Source: a virus. From it: a stretch of 64,000 bases of DNA. The position numbers and the translations under genes were made by a program. Below, piece after piece: positions 21,237 to 31,048 of this stretch (within the stretch, counting starts at the first letter, position 1; every line of letters starts with the position of its first letter). The stretch spans positions 64,001 through 128,000 of the IMG/VR virus record IMGVR_UViG_3300009103_000004; one strand, written 5' to 3'. The notes beneath the pieces are model-generated. The model had not been told where the DNA came from. It ran no database searches and was given only the letters and a program-made list of their open reading frames with translations.

Positions 21237-22667
21237 TTAATCTACAGTGATTACGCTATCTGCAACAGAATATATGTTATTGTTATAGTCTAACCTGCCG
21301 TGGTAGCAATACCCTAAGCGCATTAACTTGGTGTGGTACACGCTAGTTTTCCACTCATGTATCGGAGACTCGGATATTATTATAGGAAGTTGCTGCTCTA
21401 TCAAATGCAACGCACCTCGTATAACCGACCACTCGTAACCTTCCGTATCGAGATGTATGACAGATACCTCACACTCTTTAGGCAAGTATGAATCTAAAGT
21501 TGTAGCTTCCACGGTTTGAACTTCGCCATCTTCCTCTAGTGTACTAACTCTGGACCCACCACCAAGCTCACCCCTCAAACGGGTGCTTACAACCATATCT
21601 ACATGTCCCTGTTGGCGGGATAGCGCCTTGTTCTCCAAAACCACGTTGTCTAACTTATTTAACTCTATGTTACGGACAGCATACTCGTAATTCTTTGGAA
21701 CAGGCTCAAAAGCATAAATAGTACCAGAAACCCCAGCACTCAAACCAGGAAGCATCTCACCTATGTACGCACCAGCATGAACTATAGATTTTCCGTCCGA
21801 ATTAGCTGTAATAAAATCAATGGTTTCACGCTCCCATACTTCACTGTCGGATAGCGTATGATATACAGGACGCGAGCAGTGACTGTTGGGCATGTAGAAC
21901 CTACCGTGTTCGTTCTCAAATAAACTCTCGCCCTGATGTTGTTTAGTCACTTGTAACTTGTATACACTTTCTTCCTCCTGCTTCTCACGCCAGTTGTCAA
22001 ACGTAAGCTCCTCGTGACCCTTATATTTATGCTTGAACACACCGCGATAGTTGCGTCCATAACATCTTGTACATATATCGTCTTTACACACGGTAAAATC
22101 AGACCCCTCAGAAACATCCTCCCAAGAAACTGCTTGTCCATAAGATTGATTAAAATACCTCTTCACTCCCCTAGAAAACGCAGTAGGGCCCGTGAGTGCA
22201 TGAACTCTATCATACCTACGACAACATATATTTCGTGTCACAACCTCTATAACTTTTTCAAGCATGGGGTGTTGGGGCTCAAACACTAAAGCCCATTGTG
22301 CGTATAACTGTGTACCATGGTAGCCATGTATAGGCTCGCTACTAATTAAGGCAGCATCTGTTTCATTCAAAAAATGAGATAATGTGCAAACAATAGTAGC
22401 GTCCATATCCAAATACACACCACCGTCTTGATACATTATGAGATAACGCCAAAAATCAGTCTTAGCAACAATGTTAGCTAACTGATTGTAAGCAAGCAAT
22501 ATGTCACCGTCAAAATAGTCATGCACATACGAATCTATTTCAGCATCTTCAAATATAGTATGTTTGAAATCTTTATTCCTATCCATAAATAACTCTGCTT
22601 GTGCTAAGGCAGGTTTAGGAATATTACTAACGTCCGGGTAGGTTTGGAATATTTGTTTCGGTATCAT
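21237..22667 (-). CDS. GT32 (OCH1-like) glycosyltransferase fused to FkbM methyltransferase
   Basis: IPKQIFQT, D.WRY, GGVYLDMD, TGP; C-terminal AFEP and LDTEGYE. Confidence 0.85.
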   Translation of the reverse strand: MIPKQIFQTYPDVSNIPKPALAQAELFMDRNKDFKHTIFEDAEIDSYVHDYFDGDILLAYNQLANIVAKTDFWRYLIMYQDGGVYLDMDATIVCTLSHFLNETDAALISSEPIHGYHGTQLYAQWALVFEPQHPMLEKVIEVVTRNICCRRYDRVHALTGPTAFSRGVKRYFNQSYGQAVSWEDVSEGSDFTVCKDDICTRCYGRNYRGVFKHKYKGHEELTFDNWREKQEEESVYKLQVTKQHQGESLFENEHGRFYMPNSHCSRPVYHTLSDSEVWERETIDFITANSDGKSIVHAGAYIGEMLPGLSAGVSGTIYAFEPVPKNYEYAVRNIELNKLDNVVLENKALSRQQGHVDMVVSTRLRGELGGGSRVSTLEEDGEVQTVEATTLDSYLPKECEVSVIHLDTEGYEWSVIRGALHLIEQQLPIIISESPIHEWKTSVYHTKLMRLGYCYHGRLDYNNNIYSVADSVITVD

Positions 22668-23389
22668 TTGTATCCAAGTAGCTCAAAATCTTCCTTAAAA
22701 TACTCCCGCGCCATGGCCTCGGACTCATCGTCATAATAATCCATATAAGGCTTACCAGCATCTTTTGCCTTTCGCGTAGTTGGGAGTTTTATCTTTGGTA
22801 TACCCAAATCAGAACATACGGCGCTGAAGTCATTCTGTAAATTCTCAAAGCGAATAAGCCTGTCAACCAGAAGTTGCCCATCACGGTTAGGTATATAACA
22901 AATTTGTGGGCGAGTGTGAGTCCACGTATGCGGTCTCCAATTTTTTTCCGCAGAACCAGAAAGTAACAAGCTCAAAGCTTCTTTAAATCCTACTTCCTGG
23001 TATTGAAGTACATAGTTATAACTAGAGACAAAGCGAGATAAAGGGTGTCTGCATTGGGTAAATTTGTAAGCATCTTCAAAAAATGCTTTGTAACGCTGTG
23101 AGTAATCCCACCACTGCTCACCGTTAACCTGGCAGATGTGAGTTTTGGATGGAAAATCCCCAGACAGGTACTTACCAGGAAACTTATCCAATGGATGGTG
23201 GTCAGACATGATTCGAATTATGCCGTCAGCATTTAAGCGTTTACTCGTTCGGTATTTATCAAACATATCACACTCAAACTCATGTGAATCTGCATGCTTG
23301 CGCTCAAAATAAAGATCTGACAAACCCAGAAGTGCAGCCCTGACTGATGTGCTGGCCGTCTTGGGTGCTCTAAACCAAATTGCCTTCAT
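22664..23389 (-). CDS. Sulfotransferase family 2
   Basis: PKTASTS, RHPLSRFVS, DFELLGY; start moved to MKAIW at 23389. Confidence 0.85.
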   Translation of the reverse strand: MKAIWFRAPKTASTSVRAALLGLSDLYFERKHADSHEFECDMFDKYRTSKRLNADGIIRIMSDHHPLDKFPGKYLSGDFPSKTHICQVNGEQWWDYSQRYKAFFEDAYKFTQCRHPLSRFVSSYNYVLQYQEVGFKEALSLLLSGSAEKNWRPHTWTHTRPQICYIPNRDGQLLVDRLIRFENLQNDFSAVCSDLGIPKIKLPTTRKAKDAGKPYMDYYDDESEAMAREYFKEDFELLGYK

Positions 23390-26234
23390 GTGTCCATTTA
23401 GTGTTAAAATATTTTTGTTTTTCTGAAAAAGAATCAGGAAACAATTTATTACCAGTACCACCCCATTCATGTTCAAAGCCTCCGGATGAGTTGATTCGTA
23501 GTATCTTGTATCCACTATCCTTAAGCTGAAGGCATAAGTCTGTATCTTCTAGCCAAAAGGGCTTGAACTTTAAATCCATCTCAAATGCAACACCATAGAG
23601 AGATCTTCTGAAAATTTGACAACAACCAGCTAGAGTGTCCACAAACCCCTCGCCATCACCGTCAAAGACATCAGTATGTTCAAACGTAGAGTAGTCTTGA
23701 AAATAAGCACCCACAACTCCACACATACCAATACCAGTGTCGGATAACACAAATTTTGCTCTATCAAGAAAAGAACTGTTACGGATGTAAGAGTCACTGT
23801 CTACACTAACAACTATGTCGCCACGCGCTTCCTCAAACAGAACAGCCCTACCCCCGGCAACACCGTCATTGTCATCAGAATAAATTACTCTAACTTTTGA
23901 AAAGCGCTCCTCAATCAAGCGAAGCCACTCTCTAAACTCAGAGTTACTAGCGTTATCATATATTAACACCTCCTCTATGTCATCACGATGCTCAGCTAAC
24001 TCTAACCACGTAGACATGCAATCCTTTGTTTTATCCAACCTGTTGTGTGTTAAAAATACTAAGGATATAGAGGCCTGGGACATATCGTTGTAAGCAGGGG
24101 CTGCAAAACTGGCGTACATGGATTTAGAAGCGGATATGTATTCAGGCGTAATAACTTCATCGTTAACAGACTCATCATGATTCCACAAATGTACCGAGTA
24201 GGATCCGCGATATTCCTCTTCGTACTGCGCGCTATCTTCAGATAACAAACAATCATTTATCTTATCCCACAGAGGCCAGAAAAAAGAATGCGATCCCAAA
24301 ATCTTCAGTTTGTTCTGAGGCCAGTGCTTGGAATTTGCTATAACGTTAGGGACAACAACAGAATGCCAATCCCAAGCGTCGTCCCTACCCGCAGATTTGA
24401 AGGACCTGTATGAGTATATCCAATCAAGTATAAATTCAGATCCAGGCTTGGCCACTATAGTCGCATTACACAGACCATAATAATCATATTTATCGTAAAG
24501 TGCAGGATCCATAAAAATGCGAGCGGAATCCTGTATACCAAGAGATGTCTCAATATCGTAAAGATTTTCAAATGAAGAAACAGTTATGGTGTCCAAATCA
24601 AGGTATACACCACCATACTTGTACAACATTAGCAACCTAACCACATCAGACATATGGGCGTAATGCACAACTGGGTTACCAAAGATCTCGTGTACAAGAT
24701 CAACCTTGTTCATAGTGAGGTAGGGCTTTATTAGATCCCACCACACACCATGTGGCTCAGAATGATAGTGGAAGTAAACAGCGTCTGGAGCGTTATAGTG
24801 TATAGCTGTCTTAATAGCCAAGTATTGAACAAAAGTAAACTCCTCTGGAATATTGGACATACCAAAAGAGAAGTGGAATATATTCGGAACCTTGTTGTGA
24901 TCATACGAAATAGGATCTGGTATAAAATCCGGGGTTACGCTTGTGCCATTCTCAAAAACATAACCGCCTAACTCAATGTCTTCGGAAAAAGACTTGGCTA
25001 CGATCTCCCTAGTCTCGTCGTCGTAGTAATCCGAATAATGGTTGGGGTATGTCTTGATGGTGTCGCTGAATGTGACACCTTTGAATATAGAAGAGTCAAG
25101 TGAGTGCCTATCTTCGACGCAAAAGACATGATCAACACAGTCGCCCAAGTAATACTGTTGTTTGCGAACATTGGTTGTACGAACGTAGTCTTCAAAACTT
25201 ATAGTGTCTGAAGCACGTTTGTCAAAATCACGAAAGTACATAGAAACCAACCGCTCCCAGGGGTTAACAACAAAAGCAAAAGAAGTGTAGGAGTCACAAG
25301 TGTCCTGACCGTAAATATCTCTAACCTCAGAAGCCCTGAGCTCTACCGGGTTGTACAGGCCAGTGTCCACCATTGCTTGTTTGCAATTATCATCTGGGAG
25401 CGTAATTGGTATGAGTTGACGCTTGTGGTTTATAAGAGGCAAATGAAGCCTGTACAAATCTGCGTCCAGTTTGGTTGAAGGCTTACGCATGGAGAACCAG
25501 CCCGGGCCACACTTGCTGTCTTTACCAGAATGGTTCTCACCAGTACCCATGTTATATGCAGCAGCAGTTACATTGGGCCATTTCTCCAAACTGTCATAAC
25601 AGTTAAAGAAATAAGTCTCGTAGTTCATATGACACCCCAGAACACCCTTGAGGAAAAAAGGATGTACATTATCTCGTATGTCCTTGGCTGAAGACTCAAC
25701 GGACAACTTGTCCATGGATATATCTGTTATAAGAGTACGGTAGTTAAGTATATGAGAAGTACCGCAAGTTTCTCTGAAGCCCACGCGATGAGTAATCTTG
25801 TAGTTCTGTACATACACACCGCGATCAAACCACCACCCCATCCTACCAGGCATGTCCTTAACCGACGAAACTGTCTTATCCGAAATAAAATCATCAGCGT
25901 CAAAGAACATTACATACTCAGGGTCATACTTCTCAGCCGCTATCAACCCTACCACAAACTTAAGGCCCCTGTCATAATTACAAGCTGGCACACCAGTAAC
26001 TGGGCCATCAGCAAGAGATGGCGAATCGAAGCCCACCTCTACAAACTCAACGTGATCCTTTATTCTATGGTTATCGGAAAAGTCATCCAGTATCCTGTTG
26101 CACACTACTATTACACGAAAGTCCTTGTCTGTCTGGCTGCACACCGAAAATAGGGTGTCTCTAAGCAGGTCCCAGACGCGCTCATAGTAAAAGCTATTCT
26201 TAGGGTGCCTTACGGAGGTTATAAATGTAAACAT
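23370..26234 (-). CDS. 954-aa multidomain enzyme: GT-A + partial sulfotransferase + GT32 + GT2
   Basis: FFDADD; VNPWERLVS and YSDYYD; SDVVRL..LYKYGGVYLDLD; LTHNR..YDNAS..VDSD..EDTD. Confidence 0.8.
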   Translation of the reverse strand: MFTFITSVRHPKNSFYYERVWDLLRDTLFSVCSQTDKDFRVIVVCNRILDDFSDNHRIKDHVEFVEVGFDSPSLADGPVTGVPACNYDRGLKFVVGLIAAEKYDPEYVMFFDADDFISDKTVSSVKDMPGRMGWWFDRGVYVQNYKITHRVGFRETCGTSHILNYRTLITDISMDKLSVESSAKDIRDNVHPFFLKGVLGCHMNYETYFFNCYDSLEKWPNVTAAAYNMGTGENHSGKDSKCGPGWFSMRKPSTKLDADLYRLHLPLINHKRQLIPITLPDDNCKQAMVDTGLYNPVELRASEVRDIYGQDTCDSYTSFAFVVNPWERLVSMYFRDFDKRASDTISFEDYVRTTNVRKQQYYLGDCVDHVFCVEDRHSLDSSIFKGVTFSDTIKTYPNHYSDYYDDETREIVAKSFSEDIELGGYVFENGTSVTPDFIPDPISYDHNKVPNIFHFSFGMSNIPEEFTFVQYLAIKTAIHYNAPDAVYFHYHSEPHGVWWDLIKPYLTMNKVDLVHEIFGNPVVHYAHMSDVVRLLMLYKYGGVYLDLDTITVSSFENLYDIETSLGIQDSARIFMDPALYDKYDYYGLCNATIVAKPGSEFILDWIYSYRSFKSAGRDDAWDWHSVVVPNVIANSKHWPQNKLKILGSHSFFWPLWDKINDCLLSEDSAQYEEEYRGSYSVHLWNHDESVNDEVITPEYISASKSMYASFAAPAYNDMSQASISLVFLTHNRLDKTKDCMSTWLELAEHRDDIEEVLIYDNASNSEFREWLRLIEERFSKVRVIYSDDNDGVAGGRAVLFEEARGDIVVSVDSDSYIRNSSFLDRAKFVLSDTGIGMCGVVGAYFQDYSTFEHTDVFDGDGEGFVDTLAGCCQIFRRSLYGVAFEMDLKFKPFWLEDTDLCLQLKDSGYKILRINSSGGFEHEWGGTGNKLFPDSFSEKQKYFNTKWTHEGNLV

Positions 26235-26887
26235 CAGTCAAAGGTATATTTAAACGTTTCTATATCTTCAGCATACAGCTTAGACACTATGTCCACAGAG
26301 TCACTATCATAGTACTCTCTGTAATCCTTTTTACGCTCGGACTCGTTCTTAACCTCGAGTGCGGATGTTCTCAACCTAAGCTTAAGCGTAGAGGCTATCA
26401 AGCCCAAGTCATCCGTAAGAGTTTCGTATCTTCCTATAAAGTCTGGGAGCAGGTGACCCTTGTAACAAACAAACTCAACCTGTGGGAGTAAGTGAGGAGA
26501 ACTCTTGTAGCTGTAAGGTATAAAGTGAGCCTTGGCATTAAACCAAGTATCATGGTTCTTCACAAACTCGTTGAAATCACCATCGTAATGCTGAATGTAT
26601 AAATTTGAAACACGATTATCCGTAAAGTTTATACCACCCAGCGCCAAATAGTGGAAAGCTGACACAAGACGATCCCAAGGATTTCTTACAAAACATAGTT
26701 TGAAGTAGTCTGCCCACAAGTCAGATGACTTTCCGAAGTTGTCATAGAGATGCTCCATACTCTCATGCTCACCGATTTGCATATCTATGTCGTGTGTCTT
26801 TCTCAATTTATGGAGTAGGGCTGTGCCAGCGACCCTGGGAACATGAAAGAATATAAATCGCTTGTCGTAGCAAATGTACATCACCAA
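26234..26887 (-). CDS. Sulfotransferase family 2
   Basis: HVPRVAGT, VRNPWDRLVS, GRYE, YREYYD. Confidence 0.88.
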   Translation of the reverse strand: MVMYICYDKRFIFFHVPRVAGTALLHKLRKTHDIDMQIGEHESMEHLYDNFGKSSDLWADYFKLCFVRNPWDRLVSAFHYLALGGINFTDNRVSNLYIQHYDGDFNEFVKNHDTWFNAKAHFIPYSYKSSPHLLPQVEFVCYKGHLLPDFIGRYETLTDDLGLIASTLKLRLRTSALEVKNESERKKDYREYYDSDSVDIVSKLYAEDIETFKYTFD

Positions 26888-26925
26888 TAGATAAAAAAAA
26901 GAACCACGCCTGTCAACGGATACAT

Positions 26926-26960
26926 AAAAAAAGCGGCACCTATTGGGGTACCGCCTTTTT
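26926..26960 (-). terminator. Intrinsic terminator
   Basis: GCGGTACC-loop-GGTGCCGC hairpin followed by T7 on the minus strand. Confidence 0.8.
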
Positions 26961-26975
26961 CACATATGAACAAAC

Positions 26976-27575
26976 TTAAAGTTCTAAGTTATCAGCTAAT
27001 TCCATTTCTTCGTTATAGTACTCTGTGTGCAAGTGGAGGTCATCAGCTGGAGAAGGTATAAAAACACGGTTCTCCAAGTGCTTAGGTAGCTTATCCCCAC
27101 CATAGTGAAGGTGCACATCGTAAGCATCATCCAGAGTCTGCTGGTCGGCCTCACCGACCTTCCACGCATTAGCTAAATACTTATCAGGTATACACCTCGT
27201 GTTCCAAAGTTGCAAAATGTGACCGTCGTCAACGTCCAGTTCGTATGAGAAGGCTGGCTTGCTGAGTGGACTTAGGGGCGTAATAACGGTGCAGCTGGTA
27301 TTGGACCATATGTTATCTCGACCCCAATGTTCAGCGTTATCACTCATTACCATCACCATCAACGGCCTATTTGCTCCACCGAGAAGTGTGGGAGATAAAA
27401 GAAAGATATCCCCATCCTTGATCTGTTCTACATCAACATCGTAAGGCTTATCCAGCCCACGAAATACATTTTTACGCGCCTTAAACTTAATCCACTCGCT
27501 GACCCAATTATTAAATTGAGCTATGTGCATAGCAGAGGAAGCATGGTGCGAAACCGCTTGCATTAGATTATTCAT
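26976..27575 (-). CDS. Hypothetical protein
   Basis: 199-aa ORF between a promoter motif and a terminator. Confidence 0.7.
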   Translation of the reverse strand: MNNLMQAVSHHASSAMHIAQFNNWVSEWIKFKARKNVFRGLDKPYDVDVEQIKDGDIFLLSPTLLGGANRPLMVMVMSDNAEHWGRDNIWSNTSCTVITPLSPLSKPAFSYELDVDDGHILQLWNTRCIPDKYLANAWKVGEADQQTLDDAYDVHLHYGGDKLPKHLENRVFIPSPADDLHLHTEYYNEEMELADNLEL

Positions 27576-27602
27576 GACATAAGTATGTTAGTTGTTCATG
27601 TA

Positions 27603-27612
27603 TATATAACAC
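27603..27612 (-). promoter_or_regulatory. Repeated putative promoter motif GTGTTATATA
   Basis: One of nine similar copies upstream of minus-strand units. Confidence 0.65.
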
Positions 27613-27672
27613 AGGACTTAATAATATTTTTTAACCTTGAAATGAAATTAATGATACTATTATGATATACTT

Positions 27673-27867
27673 ATGTTATCTTGGCAAGTACTAAATGCAC
27701 GTGGTAAATTATGTTATGCGCTGTGCATCATCAACTTAGCTATAGCGTTTACCCTAGTAGTAAATGGACATCTAATAGGCCTGTGCCACGCAGTATTCGC
27801 AATGCTCTTGGGACTAGCTACATATGATCCAAGAAACCAAAAAGAAAATGATAATAAGACAAAATGA
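27673..27867 (+). CDS. Small membrane protein
   Basis: Two hydrophobic stretches; TTGAAA-18nt-TATGAT sigma70-like promoter at 27637-27666. Confidence 0.55.
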   Translation: MLSWQVLNARGKLCYALCIINLAIAFTLVVNGHLIGLCHAVFAMLLGLATYDPRNQKENDNKTK

Positions 27868-28120
27868 CGATGAATGGCATTACGCTAACGAATACCAAGA
27901 ATTGCTAAAGCTAGATATGGGGGAAGCTCTAAACAAACCAAGTAAGTTAGAGACTAACCTCAAGGATGTTATACTCAAAGTCCTTTACAACTTACAAAGG
28001 ACAGACCTTAACCTGGAAAGCCCAGCAGCTAAGGAGATGTTAGCTACAGAAATAGCTAAGGGTATGAAAGATATAGCAGATAAAAAACAATGGTTCGATA
28101 AACGCTTTTACGAGTTTTAA
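27824..28120 (+). CDS. Hypothetical protein
   Basis: ORF overlapping the previous gene. Confidence 0.6.
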   Translation: MIQETKKKMIIRQNDDEWHYANEYQELLKLDMGEALNKPSKLETNLKDVILKVLYNLQRTDLNLESPAAKEMLATEIAKGMKDIADKKQWFDKRFYEF

Positions 28121-28126
28121 AATTAA

Positions 28127-28744
28127 CTAAAACAATTCGTATGAGACAGAACGTATACAACCCCCGCGAGCTTTTATTTCAGATAAAGTTTTTTTAGATT
28201 TAAACTTTAGATTAAAAGGCTCTTTATCTATTTCTACTCCGCTTTCGTTTTTACAGTCCAACCGTATGTGTGGATTTGTTGGCTTATCAATGTTAGGAAT
28301 AAAGTTTCCTATAGGTAAGTGATCAGTAAAAACTAAAAACTTAAACGGAGTTTTATTATTTACTTGGTTGATAAATCTTAAAATGCTTTCATTGGAAAGA
28401 TGTTGTAGTACCTGCCTAATGATTGCCACGTCAGCTACCGGTAAAGTATCTCTACATATGTCTAGGTGCCTAAACCTAACATTAGGGATGTTAAATCTTT
28501 TTATGTTCCTGTTTATTATAACTTCCGATACATCACAAGCAGTGTATCGTTCACAATAATTAACCAAATGCTGGCCTACATTGAAATCCCCGCACCCGAG
28601 ATCAATGATGGTCTTAGGTTTTACAGACTCTAAAAAGACTGCAACTGCTTCCACATAAGACGACAGGTACGCCCCTTTACTCCCATACCCACTTGAACCC
28701 CAAACGTCTTTTGTGTAAATTTCGTCAAAAATGTTAGTATCCAC
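28127..28744 (-). CDS. Class I SAM-dependent methyltransferase
   Basis: SG.GS, IDLGCGD, RQVLQHL. Confidence 0.85.
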   Translation of the reverse strand: MDTNIFDEIYTKDVWGSSGYGSKGAYLSSYVEAVAVFLESVKPKTIIDLGCGDFNVGQHLVNYCERYTACDVSEVIINRNIKRFNIPNVRFRHLDICRDTLPVADVAIIRQVLQHLSNESILRFINQVNNKTPFKFLVFTDHLPIGNFIPNIDKPTNPHIRLDCKNESGVEIDKEPFNLKFKSKKTLSEIKARGGCIRSVSYELF

Positions 28745-28761
28745 AGGACACAGAAACGCTT

Positions 28762-29571
28762 TTACGAATTTTGATTATCTACCCAAGGTGGATTACTAAA
28801 TAAGTCCACGGATTGTTTTTTCTCCATCTTCTTGTCACCATCAGTAAGAGCCTCATATGCCTTGCCACCACCAACCACAGCCGCAGTGGCTCCCAATGCT
28901 TTTGCCTCTAAAGATTGAACTTCTTTCTTGGACATTTGACTTGCAGCGGCATCTCTCTCAGCTTTAGTAAAACTACCGGGGTGCTTGGGTGTACCACCTT
29001 CGGGCACAGTCCTGTCAGCTGATGGCTTACGTGGCATACTGCCCGGATTTCCGCTAGCTGCAGGATTTGTAACAGCTGCTGTTCGCTTTGGTGGCTTGAG
29101 GCCGGTAGGACCTTGAGGGCTTACAGGGGGCTTAGGAGCGGGCGTGCCGTACGGGATCGTGGGCTTGAACTTGGGCTTGGGCTTGGGCCTGAACTTGGGA
29201 ACAGCAAACTTAACAAGGGGAGCGGCTAGCTTAGCAATCTTTGATAATATGTTGGCATCCTTACCCCAGGGAGGAGTGGCGGGTAATGGGAGTTCACGTG
29301 GAGCTTCTGGCTTTGGTAACCAGTCACCAGGATTACTCCCGCCAGGCCCTTCTGGCAGTGGAGTAGGAAGAGGCCCCTCTTCCCAGGGAGCTTTACCTCC
29401 AGGGCCCCTAGGGTTGGGAGGTAGGGGGCCGTCCCAGGGGGGACGCTCAGGCCCAGGCAATTCACGAGGCGGCTCACGCTCAGGCAAACCAGGGAGAGTT
29501 GATGTAGGCTCTACCGGGGGTGTATGCGGTGGGAGCGGAAAGTCATGTATTGGACCTGCTTCTTTATTCAT
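28762..29571 (-). CDS. Pro-rich KxA-motif protein related to the 41.6-48.2 kb family
   Basis: Contains LVKFAVPKFRPKPKP and TAAVTNP; TTGGCA-17nt-TAATCT upstream. Confidence 0.65.
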   Translation of the reverse strand: MNKEAGPIHDFPLPPHTPPVEPTSTLPGLPEREPPRELPGPERPPWDGPLPPNPRGPGGKAPWEEGPLPTPLPEGPGGSNPGDWLPKPEAPRELPLPATPPWGKDANILSKIAKLAAPLVKFAVPKFRPKPKPKFKPTIPYGTPAPKPPVSPQGPTGLKPPKRTAAVTNPAASGNPGSMPRKPSADRTVPEGGTPKHPGSFTKAERDAAASQMSKKEVQSLEAKALGATAAVVGGGKAYEALTDGDKKMEKKQSVDLFSNPPWVDNQNS

Positions 29572-29651
29572 AGTTAGAAAGATTACGGTAATATTATGTA
29601 ATTGCCAAGTAAATACCGTGGTTTATTATTACACAATACAAATATATATAT

Positions 29652-29966
29652 ATGTTAATAATAATAGATGCAGAGTTATCCGACCCTCCTAGCTCAAGAA
29701 CATGTTTTAGAGATACTACGTTATATGCTTCGATTTTTGTAGATGCAGACGTTCTAGTTGAGTGCAGCCCGCATACAATAGATTTCTATTGGAAATGGTT
29801 AAAGCGGGGTGGAGCAATGGACTTCGTTTCACAAATTATAAAATTTGGCGAAGAGACAGGGTTCTCCATACGTCGCTGTTGTGGCGGTAGCATAAACTTG
29901 GAACGCCTAGATGAAGTTTCTTTATCTAGGGTCATATCTACGCTGAATGCATATCGTAAGACTTAG
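29652..29966 (+). CDS. Hypothetical protein
   Basis: 104-aa ORF starting a short plus-strand run. Confidence 0.6.
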   Translation: MLIIIDAELSDPPSSRTCFRDTTLYASIFVDADVLVECSPHTIDFYWKWLKRGGAMDFVSQIIKFGEETGFSIRRCCGGSINLERLDEVSLSRVISTLNAYRKT

Positions 29967-30819
29967 CATATTACTGCTCGTAAGCAGTTGTAGTAAATTT
30001 AGAGAACCGCAATTAAATATACTTGATTGTGGTTGTCACGGCCACTATCCTGCTAGAAATTGTCCATGTAGTGAATTTGGTATATGTGGGTGTGATGTAA
30101 CAGTAATGTCCAGCAGACAAGCAGAATTTAGAAAAACGGTATATAAGGAGCCAGTACTTTGGTTTGTATACTATACTCGTGTGTTAGAATACGGTAGCGA
30201 ACGAGATGTACGAACTGTGATCAAGGCATGCAGTGCGGATGAAGCAAAGAAAATACTTATCGAGCAGCTTGGTGTTGAGTTCCCATATCATAGAGCCAAA
30301 GCAATAACATTATATAAGTTGTGGCACGGATTTAGAAAGGGCTACAAATTTGGTAACTTTAATGATTTAAATGTAGACGACATAGCTACAATAGCGTTCC
30401 CGAACAAGGTGGGGAAACTGTACCATGTTGAGAAACAAAGGCCTGAGGGGTGGAAGAACAGGTTTAATTTCTCACAGCCTAAGGATGGTAGTAATAATGG
30501 CTTTGAATCTGGGGAAAAGAACTGGGCCTTCATACATAGGAAGGGGAAGTCACTACCTGAAGCTGAGAGGCACATGTACCGCTATAAAGGTAAGTGGATA
30601 CGCATAACGGAAGAAGAAAAGGAAAAAGAAAAAGAAGAGATACGGGATGCGCTACTTAGGGCAGAAGGTAATAGAAGAAAAGCATGTGAGTATCTAGGTG
30701 TTAGAAGTCACAAACTATACAAGATGATGAAACGACACCCAGAAGTTGATTGGAACAAAGAAATTCCAAAGGGCGGTATAGGGTTATGGATGGGAGGAAA
30801 GAATGACAAGAAGTGTTGA
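29947..30819 (+). CDS. Protein with C-terminal Fis-type HTH
   Basis: IRDALLRAEGNRRKACEYLGV..KLYKMMK matches the HTH_8 pattern; N-terminus lipobox-like and Cys-rich, start uncertain. Confidence 0.65.
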   Translation: MHIVRLSILLLVSSCSKFREPQLNILDCGCHGHYPARNCPCSEFGICGCDVTVMSSRQAEFRKTVYKEPVLWFVYYTRVLEYGSERDVRTVIKACSADEAKKILIEQLGVEFPYHRAKAITLYKLWHGFRKGYKFGNFNDLNVDDIATIAFPNKVGKLYHVEKQRPEGWKNRFNFSQPKDGSNNGFESGEKNWAFIHRKGKSLPEAERHMYRYKGKWIRITEEEKEKEKEEIRDALLRAEGNRRKACEYLGVRSHKLYKMMKRHPEVDWNKEIPKGGIGLWMGGKNDKKC

Positions 30820-31048
30820 ACAACAAATAAGAATGATGCTTGATAAGTATCAGGAGTCTAACTTTACAGTACCTGAAGTTCGGAGGTGCCTAGCTGAGGT
30901 TATTGAAAACCAGCTAGAGAAAAGAATTAAGAAGATGGAGGAGCATCGTGTTCGAGGAGTTGATGGGATTGAAAAATTTCCGCATAACGATCAAGAGCGC
31001 TATCCCGGGTCAAATGTGTCTGACCAAACTCCCACGCCCCCTGTATAA
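30803..31048 (+). CDS. Hypothetical protein
   Basis: Overlaps the previous gene start/stop; tail overlaps the convergent GT90 gene. Confidence 0.5.
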   Translation: MTRSVEQQIRMMLDKYQESNFTVPEVRRCLAEVIENQLEKRIKKMEEHRVRGVDGIEKFPHNDQERYPGSNVSDQTPTPPV

